The position numbers were made by a program, and so were the translations under genes. Shown one piece after another: positions 63,801 to 64,000 of a stretch of DNA of 64,000 nt. The DNA is from Chrysomallon squamiferum (lineage: Eukaryota > Animalia > Mollusca). The stretch spans positions 16,120,001 to 16,184,000 of the forward strand of contig CM022670.1 of NCBI GenBank assembly GCA_012295275.1. The letters run 5' to 3'. Position 1 is the first letter of the stretch; each line of letters begins with the position of its first letter. The notes beneath the pieces were generated by a model. It did no database searches. It was not told the DNA's origin and saw nothing but the letters and a program-made list of their open reading frames with translations.

Positions 63801-64000
63801 ACATTTTAATATATATATATAAACAATATTCTATTAAATTACCAGGATTTTCCCGATACTGTCCAGTTAAAAAAACAAACACATCTTACAAATATTGGAT
63901 ATCATCCTTAATGAATCATTTTGTGTGTATTCTGAAAATTTTGCTGTTGCTTATTATCATTTCTTAATTAATATTTTTTAAATTTATTAATTGTTTATTT
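60865..64000. repeat. Large tandem satellite, ~830-900 bp unit, ~3.6 copies, continues past the window end
   Basis: Marker aaatgaaaatat...accagta.ttacataatacag at ~60891, 61723, 62559, 63465; shared blocks such as ttaccaggatttccac...gtccagttaaaaaa and gcacaagtatgctttgatattaaaccttgttccctcttgga; explains the duplicated ORFs at 61163 and 61996. Confidence 0.95.

Overview
Very AT-rich, intron- and microsatellite-rich animal genomic DNA, probably a mollusc or other lophotrochozoan (inferred from repeat motifs and Tc1 family resemblance). All splice models were built by hand. The window holds: (1) the probable last exon of an upstream + strand gene (126-182, AADAT-like C-terminus); (2) a single-coding-exon GT31 beta-1,3-glycosyltransferase (3657-4865, +); (3) a complete 10-coding-exon TESK/cdi-type dual-specificity kinase (41512->17581, -); (4) head-to-head with it, a 15-exon Cdc14 phosphatase (48122-59198, +) with a GC-AG intron. 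Also present are an internally deleted Tc1 transposon, a mariner-type MITE, a hairpin element, several minisatellites and an ~830-900 bp tandem satellite running off the 3' end. I found no prokaryote-style system (CRISPR, operon). The most unusual signals are a Cdc14 splice donor that overlaps a stop codon and could switch on a polybasic+CaaX-like tail, a probable homopolymer frameshift at the TESK C-terminus, a chain of uORFs on the glycosyltransferase, and two very long convergent 3' UTRs.
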